A DNA stretch of 15,646 nt from a candidate division WOR-3 bacterium (GCA_049969615.1 JBMFOM010000030.1:1-15646); one strand, 5' to 3'; shown: positions 1-8,451, counted from the stretch's first letter. Translations and numbers: made by a program. Notes: generated by a model not told the origin, from the letters alone.

Positions 1-57
1 CCCCACAGAATAGTCCTCGTATGTGAATAGGTCTCGCTGAGAACCCCCTCTGAACAT
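1..57 (-). CDS. 5' end of an ORF running off the window (MFRGGSQRDLFTYEDYSVG...); possibly an IS5/IS1182-type transposase N-terminus
   Basis: ATG at 57-55 on the minus strand, open for 19 codons to the edge. An 'M-x5-Q-x-x-L-F' start resembles many IS5/IS1182 transposases, but 19 aa is too short to be sure. Confidence 0.3.
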   Translation of the reverse strand, partial: MFRGGSQRDLFTYEDYSVG

Positions 58-209
58 GGTGCCAATTTCCCGGCCTTTATTCATTTTAAGTCCTTACCTA
101 TCAATGACCTACGAAAAATGAGGTGTCAAAGATGGGCTTAAAATGCCGTAAAATTTGGGCACAACCCCGCAGGGGCGGAGGGAGAAGTCGGGTGGTTCGT
201 GAGCCACAC

Positions 210-1082
210 CTATATGCCCAGTTCCCTGAGAAAATCCCTGTCCTTGCGCCAGCCAGGCCTAACCTTTACCCAGAGCTCAAGGAAGACCTTTCTTCCGAGA
301 AGATACTCCAGCTCTTCCCTAGCGAGGGTTCCTATCTCCTTTATGGTCTTGCCTCCCTTGCCAAGGACTATGGGCTTCTGTGTCTCGCGCTCAACATAAA
401 CGATAGCCCTTATCCTGACAATATCACCGCCCTCTCTGAAATCCTCTATTTCAACTGCTGAGGAGTATGGCAGTTCCTCCCTCAGCCTGAGGAATATCTT
501 CTCCCGGATTATCTCGGCCGCGAAGAAGCGCATGTCCCTGTCAGAAACCTGATCCTCCGGGTAAAGCGGTTCGCCCTCGGGCAGGTATTTGAGGAGCTCG
601 CGCAGTAGCACATCAATACCATCACCCTTCTCGGCTGATATGGGGATTATCTCACCGAAATCCATAAGCCTTGAGTATTCATCAATGAGCGGCAGGAGGG
701 AATCCTTTGCAACGGTGTCTATCTTGTTTATGGCCAGGAGAACCGGCTTCCTGAGCGACCTGAGCCTATCAATTATAAGGAGATCGCGGCCATCGGGCCT
801 TCCCGGCTCCGTCATCATAAGAACGACATCGGCCTGGTCAACCGTTGACCATGATTCCCTGTCCATGGCCTTGTGCAGGAGGTTTATCTTACGCTCAAGC
901 ACGCCTGGGGTGTCCAGGAAACCAACCTGAAAATCCCGACTGGTTAGAATGCCAAGTATCCTCTGCCTTGTTGTCTGCGGCCTGGGAGAAACAGCGCCCA
1001 GCTTTGTGCCGACAAGCCGGTTTATCAGGGTCGTCTTGCCGACATTCGGTTTGCCGATAATCGCCACGAAGCCAACTCTCAT
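210..1082 (-). CDS. era: GTPase Era
   Basis: G1 GKPNVGKT, G2 PQTTR, G3 DTPG, G4 NKID, G5 ISA; C-terminal KH domain (EIIREK, ELPYS, VLGKGGKTIKEIG, FLELWVKV); 290 aa. Confidence 0.98.
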   Translation of the reverse strand: MRVGFVAIIGKPNVGKTTLINRLVGTKLGAVSPRPQTTRQRILGILTSRDFQVGFLDTPGVLERKINLLHKAMDRESWSTVDQADVVLMMTEPGRPDGRDLLIIDRLRSLRKPVLLAINKIDTVAKDSLLPLIDEYSRLMDFGEIIPISAEKGDGIDVLLRELLKYLPEGEPLYPEDQVSDRDMRFFAAEIIREKIFLRLREELPYSSAVEIEDFREGGDIVRIRAIVYVERETQKPIVLGKGGKTIKEIGTLAREELEYLLGRKVFLELWVKVRPGWRKDRDFLRELGI

Positions 1083-1132
1083 TTGGAAATTATAAACTGA
1101 ATTATGACGCTAAAGCCTAGTATAATTTGAGC
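1083..1132. promoter_or_regulatory. Back-to-back divergent -10 boxes for leaderless era and the membrane protein gene
   Basis: Minus strand: TATAAT (1094-1089), 6 nt, ATG (1082). Plus strand: TATAAT (1121-1126), 6 nt, ATG (1133). No Shine-Dalgarno on either side. Confidence 0.7.
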
Positions 1133-1744
1133 ATGGGGAAAGATAATGTTATTTTTGCTCTTTCATCGGTTACGGAATTACTCGCGGCGCTTTGCAATAT
1201 CTTCCTTATCGTATACATCATGTTCTTCTCGGAATCGCGGGTCCTCCTCAAAAACTTCCTTGATTTCGGCTTCAGATACCCTCCCCTGGGTCTGGTGTTC
1301 TTTCTCATAGTCTTTTTCTGGTTCTTCATAATTGCCGCGGCCATGATTTTCCCGTTTGCCATCCGCACCGACGCCAGAAAGAATGCAGATCTCAAATACC
1401 TCTACTCGGTGGCCGCGATCGGCCTCGGCCCATGGCTTGATGTCCTTGTGACATCAGTGAAGGACGGATTCAGCGCCATAAATCTTGACCGTGTCGCCGT
1501 TCTTTATCTGGGCATAGGCACTTTAGCCATGGTCTTTGCCGCCCTCTCAGGCAAAGCACTGTCAACCAGTGGTGCTTTAATCATCGCGGCTATAGCCCTT
1601 GCTGGTTTCGCGATATTCTACACGGGGCTGTGGATTGTCGGTGGAATGGGGAACCTCTTTAACATCCTCGTATGGCACGGCATAGTGCTATATTCGGGGT
1701 TCTCTGTATTTCAAGAGTGGCTTTGGTTTATTCGGGAAAAATAA
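1133..1744 (+). CDS. Hypothetical integral membrane protein (about 6 hydrophobic segments)
   Basis: Long ORF rich in F/I/L/A/G stretches. ATG 1133 preferred over TTG 1127 because it lies 6 nt after TATAAT. No family recognised. Confidence 0.75.
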   Translation: MGKDNVIFALSSVTELLAALCNIFLIVYIMFFSESRVLLKNFLDFGFRYPPLGLVFFLIVFFWFFIIAAAMIFPFAIRTDARKNADLKYLYSVAAIGLGPWLDVLVTSVKDGFSAINLDRVAVLYLGIGTLAMVFAALSGKALSTSGALIIAAIALAGFAIFYTGLWIVGGMGNLFNILVWHGIVLYSGFSVFQEWLWFIREK

Positions 1745-1844
1745 ATATCTCAATCTTGGCCCGTGATCTTGGGATCCATTATCAATAAATGAACTGGTGG
1801 AAATGGGGCGTTAAGGTTGGACAGAACCTATTACCTATTGAAGA

Positions 1845-1904
1845 TTGATTTTGAGCCTTCAACTCGTCTATAATTTGATAATGTATCTCAATAGCAAAAA
1901 GGAG
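1845..1904 (+). promoter_or_regulatory. Sigma70-type promoter with Fur-like box and Shine-Dalgarno for the feoB operon
   Basis: TTGATT (1845-1850), 18 nt, TATAAT (1869-1874), directly followed by TTGATAATGTATCTCAA (1875-1891; 13/16 to TTGATAATnATTATCAA); AAGGAG at 1899-1904. Confidence 0.7.
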
Positions 1905-1912
1905 CGCGAGCT

Positions 1913-2170
1913 ATGGGGCGAAAATTTCTGATGGCACTTGTCTTTCTGGTGGTGTTCGCCGTCCTGCACCTGACCGGCGACCTGGTTCCCATCAGGACCC
2001 CCCTGTTCGGTATCTCCGAGAGCGTGTGGGAGTACCTGAAGATGGGTTGGTGGAGCTTTGGCATAACCTACGGGATCTTCTGGGCCATTAGGCGGAAGGG
2101 TAGTCTATTCGCGATCTATACATATAAAGAACCCCCGCTGCCCCTTTTCCAGGAACCCATCCTGCAATGA
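1913..2170 (+). CDS. Small membrane protein, DUF6512-like, apparently internally shortened; translationally coupled to feoB
   Basis: SD present. Motifs LH...FGISESVWEYLK and YTYKEPPLPLFQEP recall the N- and C-terminal motifs of DUF6512 proteins (from memory). ATGA overlap with feoB at 2167-2170. Confidence 0.6.
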   Translation: MGRKFLMALVFLVVFAVLHLTGDLVPIRTPLFGISESVWEYLKMGWWSFGITYGIFWAIRRKGSLFAIYTYKEPPLPLFQEPILQ

Positions 2171-4047
2171 GGATAGCCCTCCTCGGCCAACCCAACACGG
2201 GCAAAAGTACCTTGTTCAACAGGGTGGCCGGGGTAAAGGCCAGGACATCCAATCTGCCCGGCACCACGGTCAGGGTCAATGAGAGTGCGGTCCGGATTAA
2301 CGGCGAAGAAATAATTCTGGTTGACCTGCCCGGCACCTACTCTTTGACCCCCCTTGATCCCGCGCAGGCTGAGGTTTTGAATTACCTCATGAGAGGCGAT
2401 ATATCCGGACTAATAATCGTCCTGGACGCGACCATGCTCGCTCGCGGCCTTGAGCTGGCACTTGAGGCAATGGAACTGGGTCTGCCAATGATCATTGTCC
2501 TCAACTTGTGCGACCAGCTCCACAGAAGGGGCATAGAAATTGATATGGCCGCGCTTTCGGAAGCCACTGGCGTAAAAGTGATCCCTTGTTCTGCCCTACA
2601 CGGCAAGGGAATCGCTGAGGCCCTCCGGGAGGCTGTCTCCGCGGCCCGAAATGGACATGTCCCCCGTGCCCCGGAATATTCAAGGGATGTTGAGTCCGCG
2701 ATAAAAGCGGCCATCGCGGAAACCGGAAGCAGGTTCAAGGCCATAAAGGCAATTGAGTGCCTGGATGAGAAGCTGGGATTTTCGTCTGATAAGGCCAGAA
2801 AAATAGCCTCTGAACTGGAGAGGACGCGCGGAATCCCCTCCTGGGAGATCATTGCCGCGGAACGCCACCACCTCGCAATGAAGACCGCTGAGGCCGTTGT
2901 CTCACGGCTATCGGAGAGGCCATCGGTCTCATCCCGTATTGACCGTGTCGTCATGCATCCGTGGTGGGGATTGCTCACCGCCATCCTGATATTCGGTTTC
3001 CTTTTCTGGATCATATTTTACCTGGGCAGGTGGATAGAGGGGATCCTGGTCGATCCCCTGGAGGCCTTTTTCTCACTCTTGAGCGCTCCTCTGGCCGGAA
3101 CCCTCATAGGCGCTATGGCGAGCGGATTCCTGGAGGGAGTAGTTGGCGCAGTGGGCATAGTTCTTCCATTCTTTGTGCCGCTGATTCTCCTGACCTCAAT
3201 AATGGAGGACCTGGGATACCTGCCCCGTGTCGCACACCTGGTTGATGGACTCATGCACAGGATAGGCCTGCACGGCAAGGCGGTCATCCCGTTCATTCTC
3301 GGCTACGGCTGTTCTGTGCCCGCGGTGGCCGCGGTCAGGATAATGGAAAGCCGGCGGGATCGCGTTCTGACCGGTCTGTTGGTTCCCATGATACCCTGCG
3401 GTGCCAGGACCGCCATCATACTCGGTCTGGTCGGCTATTTCTTTGGGGGCTGGTGGGCTTTGACGGTATATGTTCTCAATATAATTGTAATAGCATCAGT
3501 AGGCACCATTCTTTCCAGACTCAGAAAGGATGAGCCCTGGGGAATGGTAATGGAGATACCACCATACAGATTGCCCACATTACGGACGGTCTGGCTCAAT
3601 GTCTGGCTCCAGCTCCGGGAATTCCTGGTAGTGGTCTTGCCCGCGCTTCTTTTGGGTTCCAGCCTCCTCGGACTACTTGATCACTGGAACATATCGGCAT
3701 ACATGAACACTGCCATTTCTCCTTTCACATCGGGTCTTTTGGGGCTTCCAAGGGAGCTGGGCGCACCTCTGGTTTTTGGGTTTCTCAGGAAAGAGTTGGC
3801 GCTTATTATGGCCGCACAGGCACTCTCAGTTTCTCCTACGGCCTTGAACGCCGCGCTCTCGCCCGTTCAAATGATGACCTACACGCTCTTCGCGGTTTTC
3901 TATGTCCCTTGCCTCGCTACAGTGGTGATAACCTGGCGTGAGCTAGGCTGGAAGGTCGCACTCGGCTCTGGGGGGCTCAGTTTGATCGTTGCCAGCTTTG
4001 TGGCTTTCCTGGCGAGACTTTTCGGCCTTGTCCTAGCAATTTTCTGA
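2167..4047 (+). CDS. feoB: Ferrous iron transport protein B
   Basis: G1 GQPNTGKS, NLPGTTV, G3 DLPGTYSL, G4-like NLCD; membrane domain motifs MEDLGYLPR, GYGCSVPA, MIPCGAR, MEIPPYRLP, GFLRKE, FYVPCLAT; 626 aa. Confidence 0.97.
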   Translation: MRIALLGQPNTGKSTLFNRVAGVKARTSNLPGTTVRVNESAVRINGEEIILVDLPGTYSLTPLDPAQAEVLNYLMRGDISGLIIVLDATMLARGLELALEAMELGLPMIIVLNLCDQLHRRGIEIDMAALSEATGVKVIPCSALHGKGIAEALREAVSAARNGHVPRAPEYSRDVESAIKAAIAETGSRFKAIKAIECLDEKLGFSSDKARKIASELERTRGIPSWEIIAAERHHLAMKTAEAVVSRLSERPSVSSRIDRVVMHPWWGLLTAILIFGFLFWIIFYLGRWIEGILVDPLEAFFSLLSAPLAGTLIGAMASGFLEGVVGAVGIVLPFFVPLILLTSIMEDLGYLPRVAHLVDGLMHRIGLHGKAVIPFILGYGCSVPAVAAVRIMESRRDRVLTGLLVPMIPCGARTAIILGLVGYFFGGWWALTVYVLNIIVIASVGTILSRLRKDEPWGMVMEIPPYRLPTLRTVWLNVWLQLREFLVVVLPALLLGSSLLGLLDHWNISAYMNTAISPFTSGLLGLPRELGAPLVFGFLRKELALIMAAQALSVSPTALNAALSPVQMMTYTLFAVFYVPCLATVVITWRELGWKVALGSGGLSLIVASFVAFLARLFGLVLAIF

Positions 4048-4121
4048 AAGGGTTTCTCCGTCGGGCACTCAGTTCTATACGGATCTCCGGGCCACTTCCC
4101 GAAAATGGGTTATAACCCAGA

Positions 4122-4159
4122 TTGATCCTGCGCAGGAAATGATCTATAATTTGTATATG
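4122..4159 (+). promoter_or_regulatory. Sigma70-type promoter upstream of repeat copy A and the lipoprotein gene
   Basis: TTGATC (4122-4127), 17 nt, TATAAT (4145-4150), 6 nt, ATG (4157-4159). Confidence 0.65.
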
Positions 4160-4160
4160 A

Positions 4161-4211
4161 AGACCTCTAATAAAGTAGCAGTAACTTATTGGTTTGAAAT
4201 AGAAGCACCTT
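4161..4211 (+). repeat. Dispersed repeat copy A (AGACCTCTAATAAAGTAGCAGTAACTTATTGGTTTG...)
   Basis: 31/36 (40/51 when extended) identical to the reverse complement of copy C read from 8642; 24/27 identical to 7613-7639. Confidence 0.85.
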
Positions 4212-4348
4212 CTTCAAGAGAACAAGGTTATAAGAGGGGCCCCATGAAAAATCTCGCCACGAGGGTATTTACTCGGGGTTCTCTTCTAGCTATGATGAGG
4301 CTCCCGGATAGGGACCAGGGACAAACCAGGATTTTTCAGGGGTTTCGC

Positions 4349-5071
4349 ATGAAGAGATTGAGCATTGTGGGATTATTCGCTTTGTCCTGCTCGGTCTTTG
4401 CGCCTCGGGAGCTCAACCTTTCTTACGAGGTTGCTGACAACGGCAGGAGTGTCCTGGTCTCATGGGATGCTGTGGATGGCGCTAGCTGGTATAGGGTTTC
4501 CGTGGATGGGGTCGCGGTGGACTCAGTCCAGGCTGGTTCTGGCACGAGCTTCAAGATCCCGAGTGAGCAAGCGGGCAAGGTGATAAAGGTTGAGGCGGTG
4601 GGCACCGACATATCCGAAGAGATTGACCTCTCACCATATAGAACCGAACTCATCCTGTTCTCAAGGGAGGATCCAGATACCCTTCACCCCGAGGCCGCTG
4701 GCCTTGATTACTACTACTTTGAACGCTACTTTATCTCGGACACCGCCAATTGGTCTAGGATTGACTTCTACATCGGGGACGAGAACGGGGACGACACGAC
4801 GGACATTAACTCGCCCAGGGTCTATGGCATAAACAATGAGTATAACATGTCAGCGCTATGGGGCACGGGAAACTGCGCGCCGGACACGGGCTACGCGCTC
4901 ACCACGGATCTAGTTCAGGGCGGAGAATATGCATTGTGGATGAGCTATGACCGGGAATGGGGCCTAGCGGATAACTTCGCGAGGATAGTGGTGGATTCCG
5001 TGGACTCGTTCCGCGTGGAAATAAGTATATACTACCAGATAGAATATGGCCTGAAGTGGGTGGGGAAATAG
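4349..5071 (+). CDS. Hypothetical lipoprotein with an N-terminal fibronectin-III-like segment
   Basis: MKRLSIVGLFALS-C lipoprotein signal, AGGGG at 4338-4342, and VSWDAVDGASWYRVSVDG (FN3-like). The 4139 start in the ORF track would bury the signal peptide. 240 aa. Confidence 0.75.
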   Translation: MKRLSIVGLFALSCSVFAPRELNLSYEVADNGRSVLVSWDAVDGASWYRVSVDGVAVDSVQAGSGTSFKIPSEQAGKVIKVEAVGTDISEEIDLSPYRTELILFSREDPDTLHPEAAGLDYYYFERYFISDTANWSRIDFYIGDENGDDTTDINSPRVYGINNEYNMSALWGTGNCAPDTGYALTTDLVQGGEYALWMSYDREWGLADNFARIVVDSVDSFRVEISIYYQIEYGLKWVGK

Positions 5072-5090
5072 GTGATTTTGCAAACCGTAC

Positions 5091-6683
5091 CTACTCACCC
5101 TTCAAGAGCCTCCTCGCGAGAGCCAGAGCCTCATTTGTGATCTTTTCGCCGGCTGACATCCTGGCTATCTCCTGGACGCGCTCCTCGGGGGAAAGTAGCC
5201 TTATGGAAACCCTCGCCCCCTTCTTTTCAACGAGAAAATGGCGTTCCGCCCTCGCCGCGATCTGAGGAAGGTGGGTCACGGTCAGGACCTGGTGGTGAGA
5301 TGACAAATCCTCCAGCTTTTTACCAACGACCTCTGCCACTCGGCCGCCTATGCCCTGGTCAACCTCATCAAAAACCAGGACTGGAGTATCCTCAGCCTCT
5401 GCAAGCGCGGTCTCCAGCGCGAGCATAACGCGGGACAGCTCACCACCTGATGCAACCTTCACCAGGGGGAGCAAAGGTTGGCCAGGATTAGCAGAGAGCA
5501 GGAACTCACACCGGTCAAACCCGGTGTCCGATGGCTCATCTCGCCATATCTCTGCCCTGAACCTCGCGCCAGCCATCGCCATTTCCCCGAGCTCCTCCTC
5601 CACCCTTTCCGAGAGCCTTATGGCGGCCTCGCGCCTTTTTTCTGATAAATCTTGGCCTATGCGATTGACTTCCATTTCAGCCTCAGCAAGCTCACGCTCG
5701 GTTAAGGCTATATCACCCTCTCCCGTGTCAAGCCTGGCAAGCTTATTTCTGAGCTCGTCCATCATCCTAATGAGTCCAGGAAGGTCGGTCCTAAATTTTT
5801 CTTTGAGCCTGGAGATATGGAAGAGGCGCTGGTTGACGGACTCAAGCTCGTCCGGATCAAACTGGGCCTGATCCCTGAGGGCAAAAAGTAGCCTCGCGGC
5901 CTCTGATAGACTATCCTTTGAGGAAACGAGCACATCCATGGCCTCCCTAACGCTGGGTATGTCAGAGAACTCGGAGAGGCCAGAAAGGGCAGAGACAACA
6001 GAGGAATGTGCGGAGCCCTCGCCCTCATAAATGGCACCAAGGGCAAGCGTTATGGCGTCGGCCAAATGCGCTCCGGCGTTAAGAAAACGTCTCTTTTCGG
6101 AGAGCTCCTCTTCCTCGCCCTCTCTGAGACAGGCATCCTCCAGCTCCCTGAGCTGGAAGCGATAAAGTTCCTCTGCCTCTCGTAGGGCATCAATCTCCCT
6201 TTTCTTCTTTTCAAGGAGAAGACGCAAGGATTCCTTTCTAGCCCAGGCCGAGGCAAACGCGCCCCGCAACCCATCAAGTCCGCCTATCGCGTCCAGGAAA
6301 AACAAGTGATTGTTCGGGTCAAGCAACCTCTGGTTCTCACGTTGGCCGTGAAGGGCAACCAACGCACCTATCCTCTCGGAAAGCGCTGAGGAGGAAACAG
6401 GCTCACCATCAATAAATGATCTGGCTCTCCTTGATTTGCCAGAAAGCTCACGGCGAACGGAGAATCTCACATCGCCGGATGAAAAAACAGCCTCCACAAG
6501 CGAGATCGCCTCCCCGAAGACCTCCCAGTCTATGCGTGCACCCAGGACAGCGTTCAACGCGGAAAGGAGCATGGTCTTTCCGGCGCCGGTCTCGCCGGTT
6601 AGGACATTGAACCCACAGGATAGCTCAAGATGAGCCTCTTTGACCAATATGAAGTTCTCAACCCTGAGGGAAACTATCCGCAT
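5091..6683 (-). CDS. recN: DNA repair protein RecN
   Basis: Walker A TGETGAGKT, HGQ Q-loop, coiled coil, signature ASGGELSR, Walker B FDEVDQGIGG, VTHLPQIAA. Start placed at ATG 6683 (MRIVSLRVENF) behind GAGGA. Confidence 0.97.
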   Translation of the reverse strand: MRIVSLRVENFILVKEAHLELSCGFNVLTGETGAGKTMLLSALNAVLGARIDWEVFGEAISLVEAVFSSGDVRFSVRRELSGKSRRARSFIDGEPVSSSALSERIGALVALHGQRENQRLLDPNNHLFFLDAIGGLDGLRGAFASAWARKESLRLLLEKKKREIDALREAEELYRFQLRELEDACLREGEEEELSEKRRFLNAGAHLADAITLALGAIYEGEGSAHSSVVSALSGLSEFSDIPSVREAMDVLVSSKDSLSEAARLLFALRDQAQFDPDELESVNQRLFHISRLKEKFRTDLPGLIRMMDELRNKLARLDTGEGDIALTERELAEAEMEVNRIGQDLSEKRREAAIRLSERVEEELGEMAMAGARFRAEIWRDEPSDTGFDRCEFLLSANPGQPLLPLVKVASGGELSRVMLALETALAEAEDTPVLVFDEVDQGIGGRVAEVVGKKLEDLSSHHQVLTVTHLPQIAARAERHFLVEKKGARVSIRLLSPEERVQEIARMSAGEKITNEALALARRLLKGE

Positions 6684-6734
6684 GTATCGGTTCCTCGCGT
6701 CCGGCGACAAAATACCAGCATAGGATCAAAGCCT

Positions 6735-7550
6735 TCATCCCCACTCAAGCTTCTTCCTGAGAACCGAGAAAAAGTCCGGCGCCCAGGGTGTCCTAACGAA
6801 CCTGGCTTTCTGCTCTGACATCCTGACGCTGAAACCATCCGAGGATTCAAGCAAGAAAGACTCCCTCCCATCAGCTGAGAGGAGCATCTTTTCCCCACGG
6901 CTCTCGGCCTTTATCTCCAGGACAGTATCAGAGGGCAAGACAATTGGCCGGACGGTCAGGGAGTGCGCGCATATCGCGGTGAGCACCATGGCTTCAAGAG
7001 ATGGATATAGTATGGGGCCCCCAGCCGCGAGGTTATAGGCCGTGGAACCCGTAGGCGTAGAGATAATGAGTCCATCGCCCCTGTATCTCAAGACAAAATT
7101 GCCATCCCTCCATACCTCTATTGTTAGCATCCTCGCCATGGTAGCGACCAGGGTTATGTCGTTAAGGGCTATGTCTCTTTCTCCTCCCTTCACGACCTCA
7201 AGACAGGCCCTTTCCTCGGATGTGTAATTACCCCCCAGAAGAGCCGTGGTAAGATGCTCCAGCTCTGCGAGATGGTAAAACGCGAGAAAACCGAGAAAAC
7301 CGAGGTTGACGCCGGCCACTGGTTTCCCCATCGCATACCTGGCGGCCTCCAGAAGGGTCCCGTCACCGCCCAGGGAAAGGAAAACCGAGACATCCGCGGA
7401 CATCCTCTCCGGATCCATCAGCCTTACACCCCGCGGGGCGCAATGGGCCAGGTTGGATGAGAAAATGGCCCTGTCTCCGGCAACCGAGTGAACGCCCGCA
7501 AGAGCCTCCTCAAGGCCATGGGAACCCAGACGCCCGATGACGCCGATCAT
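6735..7550 (-). CDS. nadK: NAD(+) kinase
   Basis: GGDGT motif, GVNLGFLGFL, LND, and GDGLIISTPTGSTAYNLAAGGP; the nadK-recN adjacency is widespread. Confidence 0.96.
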   Translation of the reverse strand: MIGVIGRLGSHGLEEALAGVHSVAGDRAIFSSNLAHCAPRGVRLMDPERMSADVSVFLSLGGDGTLLEAARYAMGKPVAGVNLGFLGFLAFYHLAELEHLTTALLGGNYTSEERACLEVVKGGERDIALNDITLVATMARMLTIEVWRDGNFVLRYRGDGLIISTPTGSTAYNLAAGGPILYPSLEAMVLTAICAHSLTVRPIVLPSDTVLEIKAESRGEKMLLSADGRESFLLESSDGFSVRMSEQKARFVRTPWAPDFFSVLRKKLEWG

Positions 7551-7587
7551 GCCGAATATTCTAAAACTGCGGCGAGGCCGGGATCAA
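7551..7587 (-). promoter_or_regulatory. Leaderless promoter of nadK-recN
   Basis: TTGATC (7587-7582), 18 nt, TAGAAT (7563-7558), 7 nt, ATG (7550); no SD. Confidence 0.6.
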
Positions 7588-7610
7588 CTGACCAAACCCT
7601 CTCAGAATAT

Positions 7611-7639
7611 AGAGAACTCTGATAAAGTAGCAATAACTT
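7611..7639 (+). repeat. Dispersed repeat copy B; left arm of the inverted pair around the methyltransferase
   Basis: AGAGAACTCTGATAAAGTAGCAATAACTT, 26/29 identical to the reverse complement of 8616-8644. Confidence 0.85.
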
Positions 7640-7689
7640 GAAGGCATGGCATACCAAGCTTTTAATTCAACGACCACAGAGGGTAGACC

Positions 7690-8451
7690 CTACCGATGTC
7701 CGGAAAGGGCCTCAGCAATCCTCTTCTTGGTTATATCAACGAATTTCCCCTCTATTTCTACCCCTATTCCCCGGCGTCCAGTAAGCGCGCACGCGACCAG
7801 CGTTGAACCTGATCCGAGGAAAGGGTCCAACACGAGATCCTCCTTGTAGGTGAAGAGCTTTATGCAACGCAGGGGCAGTTCAACCGGAAATGGAGCGGGG
7901 TGGCCGACCTTCTTCTTGCTTTCACCCGAGAATTCCCAGAGACCGAGGGTCCAATCCTTGAATTCGTCTCCGGATATGTCCGGCGTGCCCCTGTCCGCAC
8001 GACGCCATTCTTCTTTGAACATCACCGCTATCATCTCAACCGGGGCTATGACATAGGGCGCGGATGGGCTTTTCCAGCTTCCCCATGCGGTTCTCCTTGA
8101 TATGTTGCCCTCGTTCCAGACTATGCTGAAAGCGTATCTGAAGCCGACATCCTGGGCTATGCTCACCAAATCGGCATAAACAGGTCTGAGTCCCATCTTG
8201 TTGGTATCAAGGGGAATGTTGAGACAGAGCCTACCATCGGGCTTCAACAATCTAAGAGCCTTCCTGAGCCACTTCTCGGAAAAATCAAGGTATTCCCGAT
8301 ATTCCAGAGCATCGTCGTGCGCGCCGTAGGGTTTCTGGATGTTGTAGGGCGGGGATGTGACAATGAGGTTGATGGAATCGGGCTTGAGCCGGGTCGCCAG
8401 GAAATCTCCTTCAATTATGACGAGCGAATTGGTTATCTGATACCTGGCCAA
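7690..8451 (-). CDS. Orphan site-specific DNA methyltransferase, class beta (N4-cytosine/N6-adenine; N6_N4_Mtase family)
   Basis: Motif IV VTSPPYN precedes motif I LDPFLGSGST; also HPAPFP and GIGVEI. Start placed at TTG 8451 (253 aa) because the upstream 82 codons of the track ORF overlap repeat and intergenic DNA. Confidence 0.92.
   Translation of the reverse strand: MARYQITNSLVIIEGDFLATRLKPDSINLIVTSPPYNIQKPYGAHDDALEYREYLDFSEKWLRKALRLLKPDGRLCLNIPLDTNKMGLRPVYADLVSIAQDVGFRYAFSIVWNEGNISRRTAWGSWKSPSAPYVIAPVEMIAVMFKEEWRRADRGTPDISGDEFKDWTLGLWEFSGESKKKVGHPAPFPVELPLRCIKLFTYKEDLVLDPFLGSGSTLVACALTGRRGIGVEIEGKFVDITKKRIAEALSGHR

Noticed and set aside
2382-3014. 210-aa antisense ORF, and the other short overlapping ORFs in the track
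   Set aside because: Shadow frames of well-supported genes (era, feoB, recN, nadK, the propellers) with no motifs or start signals.
4313-4340. CAGG triplet (GACCAGG, AACCAGG, TTTCAGG) as a third SARP operator
   Set aside because: Only one true heptamer, irregular 11/10 spacing, and no -10 box 8 nt downstream; it overlaps the SD.
4139-4348. Track start of the 310-aa ORF
   Set aside because: It lies inside the promoter, and a clear lipoprotein signal begins at 4349.
5069-5093. Hairpin between the convergent lipoprotein gene and recN
   Set aside because: The arms are mostly the two TAG stop codons, pairing is weak and there is no U-tract.
7690-8451. Complete restriction-modification system
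   Set aside because: No endonuclease or controller gene is adjacent; the neighbours are nadK and a secreted protein.
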